Assembly (NCBI RefSeq): GCF_036323395.1
Contig: NZ_AP028907.1
Span: 1,950,001 to 1,982,000, forward strand
Length of the DNA: 32,000 bases
Reading direction: 5' to 3'
Origin: Pyrodictium abyssi
Lineage (GTDB): Archaea > Thermoproteota > Thermoprotei_A > Sulfolobales > Pyrodictiaceae
Shown: positions 1 to 6,945 of the stretch, one piece after another
Layout of the letters: every line of letters starts with the position of its first letter
Position numbering within the stretch: position 1 is the stretch's first letter
Translations under genes and position numbers: made by a program
Notes under the pieces: model-generated
Database searches by the model: none
Seen by the model: the letters and a program-made list of their open reading frames with translations, nothing else
What the model was told of the DNA's origin: nothing

Positions 1-1959
1 GTCCGGCGCAACCGAGACCACCGCCGAGCCGCCCGGAAGCCCGCTGAGAGCCCGCTTGACCTCCTCCGCGAACTCCTTGTCCACGGCAGCGAGCACGTCC
101 ACGTCGCGGGCGTCGGCTACGGGGAAGAACACCTTCACCAAGGTGTTCGTGAACATGCTCCGCAGAAGCACATCCGGGACCTGCCGCGGGTGCTGGTGAG
201 CCATCACGAGGACCACGCCATACTTCCTGGCCTCGCTGAGAACCGTGTCCACCACCTCGGGGATAGCCTGCGCCACGTTCTGGAACTCGTCCATAATGAT
301 GTACACCGGGGTCCGCTTCTTGCCGAGGAGAGCCCGCTCCAGCGCCCAGAACCAGATGCGGAGCACCACCATGGGTATGAGCAGCCTGAGAAACTGCTCC
401 CCCAGCACCTTCGGCAGCCTCAGTATCAGCAACCCGCCGGGCTGCAGCACGGTGTCGAGGTCCAGAGTTGACTCGGAGGTCATCGCACGGAGCAGCTTAT
501 TGTTACGGAAAGGCTCCAGCCTCGAGAAGACACCGAAGAAGCTGTCCTCGCTCATGTCCCTTAGGAGTTCGAGCTGGTGGCGCCACTCCGGGTCGTCGAT
601 CGGCAGGTCTAGCTCCTCGCGGTACAGCGCCACAAAGGTGTCGTAGAGGTCGGCGAGCGTCACCCTGCCGCCGAGCCGGTGGTACATGTAGCGGAGCACG
701 ACCTGGAGAAGGTACTTGATGCGGACACTCGTCCCGCTTAGCTCCAGCACCTTCTCGAACAGGTCCACCAGGTGGTCCGTGGCTATGTCATAGGCTTGCT
801 CCCTGTCGCGGAGGCGAGGCGGCTCCAGAGGGTTGAGGCTGGCGAGGAAGGGCCTCTCCCCGTCGTCGGTCTCGTAAACGGGGTCCACTAGCCAGACGCG
901 CTCGAGGCTAGGCAGCGACTCCAGGATGTCGTAGGAGACGTCGCCGTGGGGGTCGATGAAGACTATAGCAGCGTCGCTCTCCTCCCGGAGCCTCAGAACG
1001 AGGTTCCAGAGGAACGTCGACTTCCCGCTCCGGGTGCGGCCCACCACCCAGGTATGGAGCATCTGGCGCAGGGGAACGCAGTACTCCTTCCCGTCCAGGG
1101 TCTCCCCGAACCGGATACACTTCTCCCGCGGCTTCACCCGCGGCGTTATGCTCGGCAGCTCCCCGCCCCGGGCAAACTCCACGAAAGCTGAGACCTCGTC
1201 CGGTCTCGGCAACCTCACAAGATGCATGAAGCTCTCCTGTGGTATCCACGGGTACTCCTTCTTCGGGGAGAACCGGCCCATGAGGCTCATGGGGTCCCTT
1301 AGCTTGGAGGGGCTCCCCCTCCGGGAGACCTTCACCTTGAGTGCGGGGGTGAAGAGGCCCGCAGCCCTCTCCCCCAGCTCCCTAGCACGCTCCTTATCAT
1401 TGGTGTAGAACCTGACTGCTGTTATGTAGATGCGCTTGGTGCTCAGCTGGGAGAGGTGCCGGGCCATGTCGGGGTCCTTCTTATGGTACTCCAGGGGGCC
1501 TAGCCCCTTGAGCTCGGGGCGCTCGCCTAGACGGTAGTGCCTGGCCTTCTTGGCCAGCTCCCGGTGGGTCCTCGCATCGTAGAAGCCGACTATCTGCACC
1601 GCCTCGCCGGGCTCCAGCCAGTCGTAGACCGAGAGCCAGGCCTCGCTAGCCTCGACCCCCGTCTCCCAGGCGCCGCTCGGCGCCCTTAGCTCGGCCACCC
1701 ACTTCTGGGGGAGCTCCGGGGGCTCCTCGAGCAGCTCCACGCTCGCCCGGCGCCGCAGCAGCGGCAGCGCAATGTCGCGTATCCACGCGTAGAACTCGAT
1801 GCGGTCCTCGAGCCGGTGAGCCTCCAGCACCACGTGCGGGCTCAGGGAGACCAGCTGGGCGAACTCCCTCTCGTAGCCGAGACGCGGCTTCAGACGAACC
1901 CAGCCCACGTAATGGGTGCCCCCGAGAACCCGGCTCCTCTCAACATCCCTCCTGCCCAA
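1..1959 (-). CDS. FtsK/HerA-superfamily P-loop ATPase (T4CP TraG/VirD4/TrwB-like or DUF87-like); C-terminus runs off the left edge
   Basis: Hand translation of the minus frame (codon low coordinate = 1 mod 3). Walker A 'WVVGRTRSGKST' at ~1015-1050. 'AIVFIDPHGD' at ~934-963. 'SLNPLE' at ~823-840. Walker B 'YIIMDEFQNV' at ~274-303. 'ARKYGVVLVMAHQHPRQ' at ~181-231. The frame is open from position 1 up to a stop at 2104-2106. The only start codons are TTG 1957-1959 and GTG 1906-1908; the first ATG is at 1465-1467. It is absent from the ORF track because it is truncated by the window edge. Confidence 0.75.
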   Translation of the reverse strand, partial: MGRRDVERSRVLGGTHYVGWVRLKPRLGYEREFAQLVSLSPHVVLEAHRLEDRIEFYAWIRDIALPLLRRRASVELLEEPPELPQKWVAELRAPSGAWETGVEASEAWLSVYDWLEPGEAVQIVGFYDARTHRELAKKARHYRLGERPELKGLGPLEYHKKDPDMARHLSQLSTKRIYITAVRFYTNDKERARELGERAAGLFTPALKVKVSRRGSPSKLRDPMSLMGRFSPKKEYPWIPQESFMHLVRLPRPDEVSAFVEFARGGELPSITPRVKPREKCIRFGETLDGKEYCVPLRQMLHTWVVGRTRSGKSTFLWNLVLRLREESDAAIVFIDPHGDVSYDILESLPSLERVWLVDPVYETDDGERPFLASLNPLEPPRLRDREQAYDIATDHLVDLFEKVLELSGTSVRIKYLLQVVLRYMYHRLGGRVTLADLYDTFVALYREELDLPIDDPEWRHQLELLRDMSEDSFFGVFSRLEPFRNNKLLRAMTSESTLDLDTVLQPGGLLILRLPKVLGEQFLRLLIPMVVLRIWFWALERALLGKKRTPVYIIMDEFQNVAQAIPEVVDTVLSEARKYGVVLVMAHQHPRQVPDVLLRSMFTNTLVKVFFPVADARDVDVLAAVDKEFAEEVKRALSGLPGGSAVVSVAPD

Positions 1960-1970
1960 GCCCGGTTCCC

Positions 1971-1987
1971 CCGCCCTAGTAGGGCGG
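1971..1987. promoter_or_regulatory. perfect 17-bp palindrome CCGCCCTA-G-TAGGGCGG just upstream of the ATPase start
   Basis: Read directly: ccgccctagtagggcgg, 8-bp arms with a 1-nt centre. It lies in the divergent region between the ATPase (minus) and the small plus-strand ORF at 2052/2100. Confidence 0.4.
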
Positions 1988-2099
1988 GCCGGGAGAAGTG
2001 GAGCTGCAAGACCGTCTCCCCGCCCCGGGCCTCTAACCGGGGGAGGACCCGATGCCGGCGCCAGCCCCGGGCCTCGAGGAGCTCTTCTCGCAGATAGCC

Positions 2100-2315
2100 A
2101 TGGCTATCAGCTGCGCGCTCCACCCTGTGTCGACACTGCTAGCCCGGGCAGGGGTATCGGGCCCGGGCCTCGAGGGCCTCGACACCGCGGCCTACGCCAT
2201 GCTGGCGTGGCTCCTAGGCTCGAGGGAGAGGGAGGGCGTGAAGAAGGCGGGCTTCGTGCTGGCGGTCCTTCTCGCGGCGCTGGCGCTGCTGGAGCTCAGC
2301 CTAGCGTCAGGCTAG
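2100..2315 (+). CDS. hypothetical small protein with hydrophobic segments (possible membrane protein)
   Basis: ORF 2052..2315 with an internal ATG at 2100. The C-terminus 'AGFVLAVLLAALALLELSLA' is hydrophobic. It is divergent from the ATPase. High GC makes chance ORFs common, so support is weak. Confidence 0.3.
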   Translation: MAISCALHPVSTLLARAGVSGPGLEGLDTAAYAMLAWLLGSREREGVKKAGFVLAVLLAALALLELSLASG

Positions 2316-2496
2316 AAGGAGAGGGGGTTGAAGGCCCCGCTTCACGACAATCCACGGGGCCCGGGCCGGCTCACCCCCAGGGTCCCCGGCCCGTCATGCT
2401 CCTCGGGGGCGGCAGGGGCGCCCAGGGGCGGGGGCGGCAGCCGAGGCTCAATTCTACAGCTATATGCGCTGCGGGATAAACGCTGCGGAGCGTGGG

Positions 2497-2793
2497 CTAG
2501 CCCGGCTCTAGGGCCAGGAGCAGCTTCTCGGTAACGACAACCTCCAGCTCCTCTCCGAGCTCCTCCACGTAGACCCTCCGGGTGCCCGTCATCCTGCTGC
2601 ACATCTGGTGCCACGCCGAGGCGTAGTCGCTGCATCTGTAGCCGCTGGCCTCCAGCTCCTCTAGTCTCTCTATGAAGGCCTCCCTGGCCTCCTCCCACTC
2701 CTTGTAGCGCCGCTCCTCGATGGGCTGCGCATGCCATGGGTCCTCGCTGAGGACCCTGTAGAGCTTGACAACATAGGCCGCGGCCATGGCCAT
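2497..2793 (-). CDS. hypothetical protein (98 aa), mobile-element orphan
   Basis: The ORF has a balanced, charged composition ('EERRYKEWEEAREAFIERLEELEASGY'). It lies 6 nt downstream of ORF 2800..3006 on the same strand. Confidence 0.5.
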   Translation of the reverse strand: MAMAAAYVVKLYRVLSEDPWHAQPIEERRYKEWEEAREAFIERLEELEASGYRCSDYASAWHQMCSRMTGTRRVYVEELGEELEVVVTEKLLLALEPG

Positions 2794-2799
2794 GGCTGG

Positions 2800-3006
2800 T
2801 CACCCTAGCCGGGCTATCACCACCATCCTCTTCGCCGGCCGTACCATGGCCTGCCACATCCCGCCCTCCTGGTCCTCGTATACTAGGGTGTCCCAGCCGC
2901 CTCCGTAGAGCCGGGCATGCAGCGGAGCCCGGTCCATGAACACCACCCTGAAGCCCAGCCTGGTGAACCGGGCTACTAGCTCCCGGAGGGTCTCGGGCGC
3001 CTGCAT
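2800..3006 (-). CDS. hypothetical protein (68 aa), mobile-element orphan
   Basis: The ORF has a plausible composition. It is the first gene of a two-gene unit that is divergent from the AbrB-like gene. Confidence 0.45.
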   Translation of the reverse strand: MQAPETLRELVARFTRLGFRVVFMDRAPLHARLYGGGWDTLVYEDQEGGMWQAMVRPAKRMVVIARLG

Positions 3007-3146
3007 GGCTGTCTGCCTCCGTGTCTGCTGCTGTGTCGCTCGCCGCTAATAAGCTTGTCGCTCGACACTGGCGGGCAACACTGATATACTCTCTGTCGTG
3101 CGGCACTAGGGGTGGGGGTGCCTGGGCTGTGCCCACGGGCAATAGG

Positions 3147-3317
3147 GTGAAGGTGAGGAGGGGGCGCGGCGGCGGGGGGAGAGAGTACTACTTCGTGACC
3201 ATCCCGAAGCCTATCGCGCAGGCCCTAGGCCTAGAGCCCGGCAGAGTACTGGAGGTACGGGTGGAGGCGCGGGGAGGGAAACAGGTACTAGTCCTAGAGC
3301 CCGTCGACGAGGCCTAG
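3147..3317 (+). CDS. AbrB/SpoVT (swapped-hairpin) family DNA-binding protein
   Basis: The C-terminal part of ORF 3021..3317 reads 'YYFVTIPKPIAQALGLEPGRVLEVRVEARGGKQVLVLEPV', matching the SpoVT-AbrB pattern (hh.IPk.h...lgl..Gd.v.v...). The likely start is the in-frame GTG at 3147. AT-richer TATA-like stretches (ctaataagc, gatatact) lie upstream. Confidence 0.6.
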   Translation: MKVRRGRGGGGREYYFVTIPKPIAQALGLEPGRVLEVRVEARGGKQVLVLEPVDEA

Positions 3318-3568
3318 GCGGGCACCGGTACCCGCTTCCTCTCCCGGGCCTCGGTCTCCTCGATGTAGCGCTGCTCCCACTCGCTTGTCGGGTCCATGCC
3401 CCTCTTCTCCAGCTCGACTATAGCCATGAAGAGTATGCTGTCTACCTCGCCGGGCTCTACGCCCGGCGGGCAGTCGCCGTGCTCAGCGCACTTCCACGCC
3501 TCGTAGAGGCTGCCTATGCCGAGCCTCCGGAGCTCCCGGAGAGCCTCCTCCACGTACCCGGGCTTCAC
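3314..3568 (-). CDS. hypothetical protein (84 aa)
   Basis: Part of ORF 3314..3643. The preferred start is GTG at 3566-3568 ('VKPGYVEEALRELRRLGIG...'). It overlaps the TGA of the upstream ORF as GTGA. Its stop shares a CTAG with the convergent AbrB gene. Confidence 0.5.
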   Translation of the reverse strand: MKPGYVEEALRELRRLGIGSLYEAWKCAEHGDCPPGVEPGEVDSILFMAIVELEKRGMDPTSEWEQRYIEETEARERKRVPVPA

Positions 3569-3822
3569 GCTCCCCTCACCTCGCGGTAGAGCCGGGGCCG
3601 GGGGCAGAAGACTAGGCTCCACCCGGCCACATGTATATGCCATGCTACCCGCCCCTTACACGCCTTATGCATGTGCCTATCCACGCCGAATCGGCGCCGG
3701 AGCACCACGAGTAGTAGCCGCCACCTCCGGGGCCGGGTGATGGACAGCTTGACGTGGAGCTCTAGGAGCCCAGCTAGCCCAGCCTGCACAGCGAACCCCC
3801 AGCGCCACGCCGCCGCCCGCAT
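3565..3822 (-). CDS. hypothetical Arg/Trp-rich small protein (85 aa)
   Basis: ATG at 3820-3822 inside ORF 3565..3930. A TATA-like TTTTTATA (minus strand, 3882-3889) lies ~60 nt upstream. There is a GTGA stop/start overlap with the next gene. The composition is odd, so confidence is low. Confidence 0.3.
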   Translation of the reverse strand: MRAAAWRWGFAVQAGLAGLLELHVKLSITRPRRWRLLLVVLRRRFGVDRHMHKACKGRVAWHIHVAGWSLVFCPRPRLYREVRGA

Positions 3823-3881
3823 GATAGCCCTGGGGCGCCCCACAGCCCCCGGCCCACAAACACCCCCGGGAAGAGACACCG

Positions 3882-3889
3882 TATAAAAA
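3882..3889 (-). promoter_or_regulatory. TATA-box-like element (TTTTTATA on the minus strand)
   Basis: The plus strand reads gtataaaaacc. This is the only strong A/T box in the area and sits ~60 nt upstream of the ATG at 3822. Confidence 0.35.
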
Positions 3890-4545
3890 CCTGTCGAGCG
3901 ACAAAGAGAGAGACACCCAAAGAAGCACACCGGGGAAAGAACCCCCTCCCCGTCGACACACTACAACTATAACATGTATACCATACAGAAAGAATACTTT
4001 GTAGTATTCTAGGCCCGGATTGCCTCCCACCGCGTGATTGCCGGGAACTCAGGCGATAGACTCCCGGCCCCGTGCAACTCCACATGCCTCTCCTCTGCAG
4101 ACGGGCTAACAGCTGCTAGCTCGAGGAGAACAGGTAAGCTCGGCAGCTGACTCGATTACGTGGGCTTACCCAGCGGTTAGGCGATATTATGGCCGGCCTA
4201 TGTAGCCTCAGGCGATAAGCCCCGGCCATAGGAGCGGTGGTGTCTGCACCAGGCCGATACTATTCTACTCTCCATATAGGATCCCGGGGAGAGCTCACAC
4301 CCCTCGACAACATAGAATAGTTCCGGCCCAGGCCTTGCGGAGAGAATAGATTCATCCACCATAGTTCTGGAATCGGCTTACCGGGACGGTTTAAAGAGAA
4401 TCGGTTAGGTGCGAGACAGGCTACAGGCTATGAGGAGGGGGCGGGTGCATGGAACTGTTGGTATTACCCATGGCGAGTGGTTAGCGATTGAGAGAAAAGA
4501 TAGTATTACCGTTTAACCAATTGTGCATAGGGGGTCTAGGACGCC
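3890..4545. repeat. ~650-bp non-coding, AT-richer, repeat-dense region (candidate replication origin, iterons or regulatory hub of the element)
   Basis: No credible ORF. AGGCGATA occurs at 4051, 4179 and 4210, with the variant AGGCCGATA at 4251. The three exact copies are each followed by CCGGCC within ~5-6 nt. GGCTTACC..CGGTT occurs at 4163 and 4375. AGAATAG occurs at 4314 and 4343, with an inverted copy at ~4261. GTATTACC occurs at 4461 and 4503. There is a perfect inverted repeat AGAATACT-ttgt-AGTATTCT at 3991-4010. Confidence 0.6.
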
Positions 4546-5148
4546 TCAGGCGCGGGTCATGGCCTCGACTTCGTGTAGGGTTATGTCTACGGGTCCTAGC
4601 CTGGAGGCTAGGAGGTAGAGGACGCGTAGCAGCTCGGCTAGCTCGCCGTAGGCCTTGGCCTCCTTCTCCCTGAGGCTCTGGATTAGCCCCCGTAGCCTCT
4701 TCGCCAGGTAGCCCCGTAGCGCTCCTAGGACCTCCTGCGGGTGTCCTAGGGCTACCTTGTTCCTCCGGGCCCTCCTCCTGGCTGGCCCGGTGACCCGGGC
4801 CCGGGGCGACGCCGTCACGACGGCTACGAAGGTGTCCCGGGCTGGCGGGGCCCGCTGGGCCACGTACCGGCGTAGCCGGAGAACCTTCGCCGCGACCCTG
4901 CTCCAGGTCAGTGGCCGGGCCTCCTCCGTGGTGGAGTAGACTGCGACCACCAGGGGGGCCGAGGCCGGGAGCTCTATCTCGACGAGGTAGGCCCTCCTAT
5001 CGCTACTTCCCTCGTCGAAGCGGTAGCGGAGCTCCAGCCCCAGCCTCTCACGCACAAAGCGGAGAACACGGGCAAGAACAAGCCTAACAACATTATACGC
5101 CCCGAGCGCTAGGTTCATCCTCTCCTCGCTCCACCGCTCCCCCGCCAC
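4546..5148 (-). CDS. hypothetical protein (200 aa), last gene of the long minus-strand operon
   Basis: The ORF starts 4 nt after the upstream stop. It has a basic central stretch, 'RARVTGPARRRARRNK'. I recognise no family. Confidence 0.55.
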   Translation of the reverse strand: MAGERWSEERMNLALGAYNVVRLVLARVLRFVRERLGLELRYRFDEGSSDRRAYLVEIELPASAPLVVAVYSTTEEARPLTWSRVAAKVLRLRRYVAQRAPPARDTFVAVVTASPRARVTGPARRRARRNKVALGHPQEVLGALRGYLAKRLRGLIQSLREKEAKAYGELAELLRVLYLLASRLGPVDITLHEVEAMTRA

Positions 5149-5152
5149 GGCT

Positions 5153-5392
5153 TTACACCCTCTCCTCGGCGCAGTATACGACGTGGCCTCTCCTCTGCAC
5201 GCGCTTCCAGAGCCTCCCCGTGTACTCCACGAGAGTATCCTGGACCTTTCCGCGGCCCACGTCCACGCCCATGGCGCGGAGCGCCTCCGCTATCTCCCGG
5301 GGCCTCATACAGCCAGCGCTGCGGAGCAGCAGCCACACCATGCCCGCTATCACGTCCCGGCTCAGCCCCCTCCGGAGCAGCACCTCAACCAT
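5153..5392 (-). CDS. small winged-helix/HTH DNA-binding protein (79 aa)
   Basis: Internal ATG at 5390-5392 of ORF 5153..5422. 'MRPREIAEALRAMGVDVGRGKVQDTLVEY' resembles an HTH recognition unit followed by a wing. It lies 7 nt after the stop of the TGT-like gene. Confidence 0.5.
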   Translation of the reverse strand: MVEVLLRRGLSRDVIAGMVWLLLRSAGCMRPREIAEALRAMGVDVGRGKVQDTLVEYTGRLWKRVQRRGHVVYCAEERV

Positions 5393-5399
5393 GGCATAC

Positions 5400-6332
5400 T
5401 CACCCCTGCGTGAGCAGCTCAACCATGCGCTCTAGGAACGTCGCGAAGTAGACGACCCTCATGCCCCCGTCCTTCGCAGACCACAGGTACGGTACTCGAG
5501 GAAACGTCCAGGTCTTGCTGTCCCACGAGCCGGGCGGCAGCCTCGAGGAGACGGCAGCGTCCAGCGGGGCGCCGAAGAGGTGGAGGTGGAGCCTGTCCAG
5601 CCCATGGTCTTCTAGGAGCCTTCTCGCCTCCTCTACGGCGTGTATCCACGCCCGCTTCTGCCGCCCGGCTAGGAGCTTCAGGCTGCCGAGCGCGACTACC
5701 CCGTACTTCTCCACGATACCGGTCTCTGCCAGCCATGCTAGGTGCTTAGAGTGGCCTGTATCCCTCGAGGCCTGCGCGACCGGTATCCATGGCAGCTCGG
5801 GGTGCTCGGCTAGCAGCCGCTCCTGCAGCCTCATGGTGTGCTCCACGTTGCCCTCAACGGTGGCCGGCACGTCGGGCATCACGACGCGCCACGAGAAGCC
5901 ATGCCTCCTAGCCAGCAGCCTCGCCCTGTCGACGCTGCTCCACAGCGTGTCCCAGAACCTGTCGCTGTACTCCGCCGTCTTCCCGTTGAACCAGTCCATG
6001 ATACCCACGTCGAGGACCACACTAGAGGGCCTCGCCCCCAGCCCCCTCATGTTCTCCAGTAGCTTCTCGAGCACGTCAATGCTCTTCACCGGGACGAGTA
6101 TCCAAGGCCACAGCGGCACCGGCGGCAGCGTGTAGTAGGCGAGCCGGTTCCTCGCCAGCGCCAGCACGGCCTTGATTACCGTCTCCACAGCGCCTCCATG
6201 GATAATTCCCACGTCGGGATTATCCATGCGCCTCATGTGCCGGGGCCCAATGCCCAGTAGGCGCCAGAGGCTACGGTACGCGGTAACATAGGGCACGCCC
6301 AGGCTGGCGGCTATGCTGCGTAGGCTGGTCAT
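5400..6332 (-). CDS. N-terminal HTH fused to a TGT-superfamily (tRNA-guanine transglycosylase / DpdA-like) TIM-barrel protein
   Basis: Start taken at the ATG at 6330-6332, an ATGA overlap with the upstream gene. The longer track ORF adds an Arg/Pro-rich leader that is probably not translated. HTH: 'LRSIAASLGVPYVTAYRSLWRLL'. Five segments fall in the canonical TGT order:
- 'VLDVGIMDWF' (cf. TDSGGFQ)
- 'VVMPDVPAT' (cf. MAFDECTP)
- 'WIPVAQAS' (cf. FGIVQGG)
- 'YGVVALGSL' (cf. GYAIGGL)
- 'LHLFGAP...GSWDSKTWT' (cf. YLMGVG...DMFDCV.PT)
No CxCxxC..H zinc motif is seen. Confidence 0.55.
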   Translation of the reverse strand: MTSLRSIAASLGVPYVTAYRSLWRLLGIGPRHMRRMDNPDVGIIHGGAVETVIKAVLALARNRLAYYTLPPVPLWPWILVPVKSIDVLEKLLENMRGLGARPSSVVLDVGIMDWFNGKTAEYSDRFWDTLWSSVDRARLLARRHGFSWRVVMPDVPATVEGNVEHTMRLQERLLAEHPELPWIPVAQASRDTGHSKHLAWLAETGIVEKYGVVALGSLKLLAGRQKRAWIHAVEEARRLLEDHGLDRLHLHLFGAPLDAAVSSRLPPGSWDSKTWTFPRVPYLWSAKDGGMRVVYFATFLERMVELLTQG

Positions 6333-6640
6333 GGCTCCTCGGCCTCCCACCACGTCTCTCCGAAGCTGTCTGGCACGCCGGCCTCCCGGAGCGCCTCGGC
6401 GAGCAGGCGCGCGGAGGGGCCGCGGCACGCGCCGCCCTCGCACAGCGTGCCGTCGCTGGCCTCTATGCGGCAGCGCCACGTCTTGAAGAAGCGGCACTCG
6501 GCGCGCACAACCAGCCCCGCCGCAGCGTACACGGCGCGCGCCTCGCAGCCGCCGCCGGCTACACGGTGGTCCACGGTGTGGCGGAGCACGGGCACACGCC
6601 GGTCCAGCGCCCCCGCGAGCTTGCGCAGCGCCTCAGCCAC
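6329..6640 (-). CDS. hypothetical 5-Cys protein (103 aa)
   Basis: The ORF overlaps both neighbours (8 nt upstream, 4 nt downstream), consistent with operon membership. It contains 'ECRFFKTWRCRIEASDGTLCEGGAC'. Confidence 0.5.
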   Translation of the reverse strand: MAEALRKLAGALDRRVPVLRHTVDHRVAGGGCEARAVYAAAGLVVRAECRFFKTWRCRIEASDGTLCEGGACRGPSARLLAEALREAGVPDSFGETWWEAEEP

Positions 6641-6929
6641 GGCCCATCCGCCTCATTCCCCTCGCTCTGCCCTCCTCCAGTAGCTTCCTCAGCTCCTCGG
6701 CCCTGACCGCTGTGCACTCGTCCATGCACGTCTCGGGGTCGCAGTAGTCGCAGCTCCTACACTCCACGTCGCAGATGCTCCACGCTACCAGCTCCACGGC
6801 CCTCTCCACGGGCAGCTCGTCGAGGGCGCTGCCGAGGACCAGCACCAGCCTGCCCAGCACCATGGGCGCCGGCAGCCCAGCCATGCTGTTGGCGAGCCTC
6901 TCCGCTAGCACCGCCCCGTGGCCCGCCAC
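6633..6929 (-). CDS. hypothetical Cys-cluster protein (98 aa), possible metal or Fe-S binding
   Basis: 'CDVECRSCDYCDPETCMDEC' has six Cys spaced Cx3Cx2Cx2Cx4Cx3C. It lies 16 nt after the stop of the DUF5591-like gene. Confidence 0.5.
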   Translation of the reverse strand: MAGHGAVLAERLANSMAGLPAPMVLGRLVLVLGSALDELPVERAVELVAWSICDVECRSCDYCDPETCMDECTAVRAEELRKLLEEGRARGMRRMGRG

Positions 6930-6945
6930 CCTCCATCACCCCGCC

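Noticed and set aside
1916-3142. Long ORFs 1916..2479 (+, 187 aa) and 2342..3142 (-, 266 aa)
   Set aside because: Their Pro/Gly/Arg/Ala-dominated, low-complexity translations are typical of chance open frames in GC-rich DNA. They also overlap better-supported small genes (2497..2793, 2800..3006) and divergent promoter regions.
3314-3317. A CTAG tetranucleotide serves as the stop codon for convergent genes on both strands, here and at 26734-26737
   Set aside because: It is real but trivial. It follows from TAG stops and compact convergent gene ends and needs no functional explanation.
5419-6135. ORFs 5419..5736 (-), 5461..6135 (+, 224 aa) and 5838..6062 (+) overlapping the TGT-like gene
   Set aside because: These are shadow frames of the 5400..6332 CDS. 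Their translations are Ser/Arg/Pro-rich without motifs, while the chosen frame carries ordered family motifs and operon-consistent junctions.
6633-6929. A Cx3Cx2C motif (CDVECRSC) suggested a radical-SAM enzyme, which would be an attractive ArcS partner
   Set aside because: The protein is only 98 aa, far too small for a radical-SAM TIM barrel, and I saw no SAM-binding motifs. I kept it only as a generic Cys-cluster protein.
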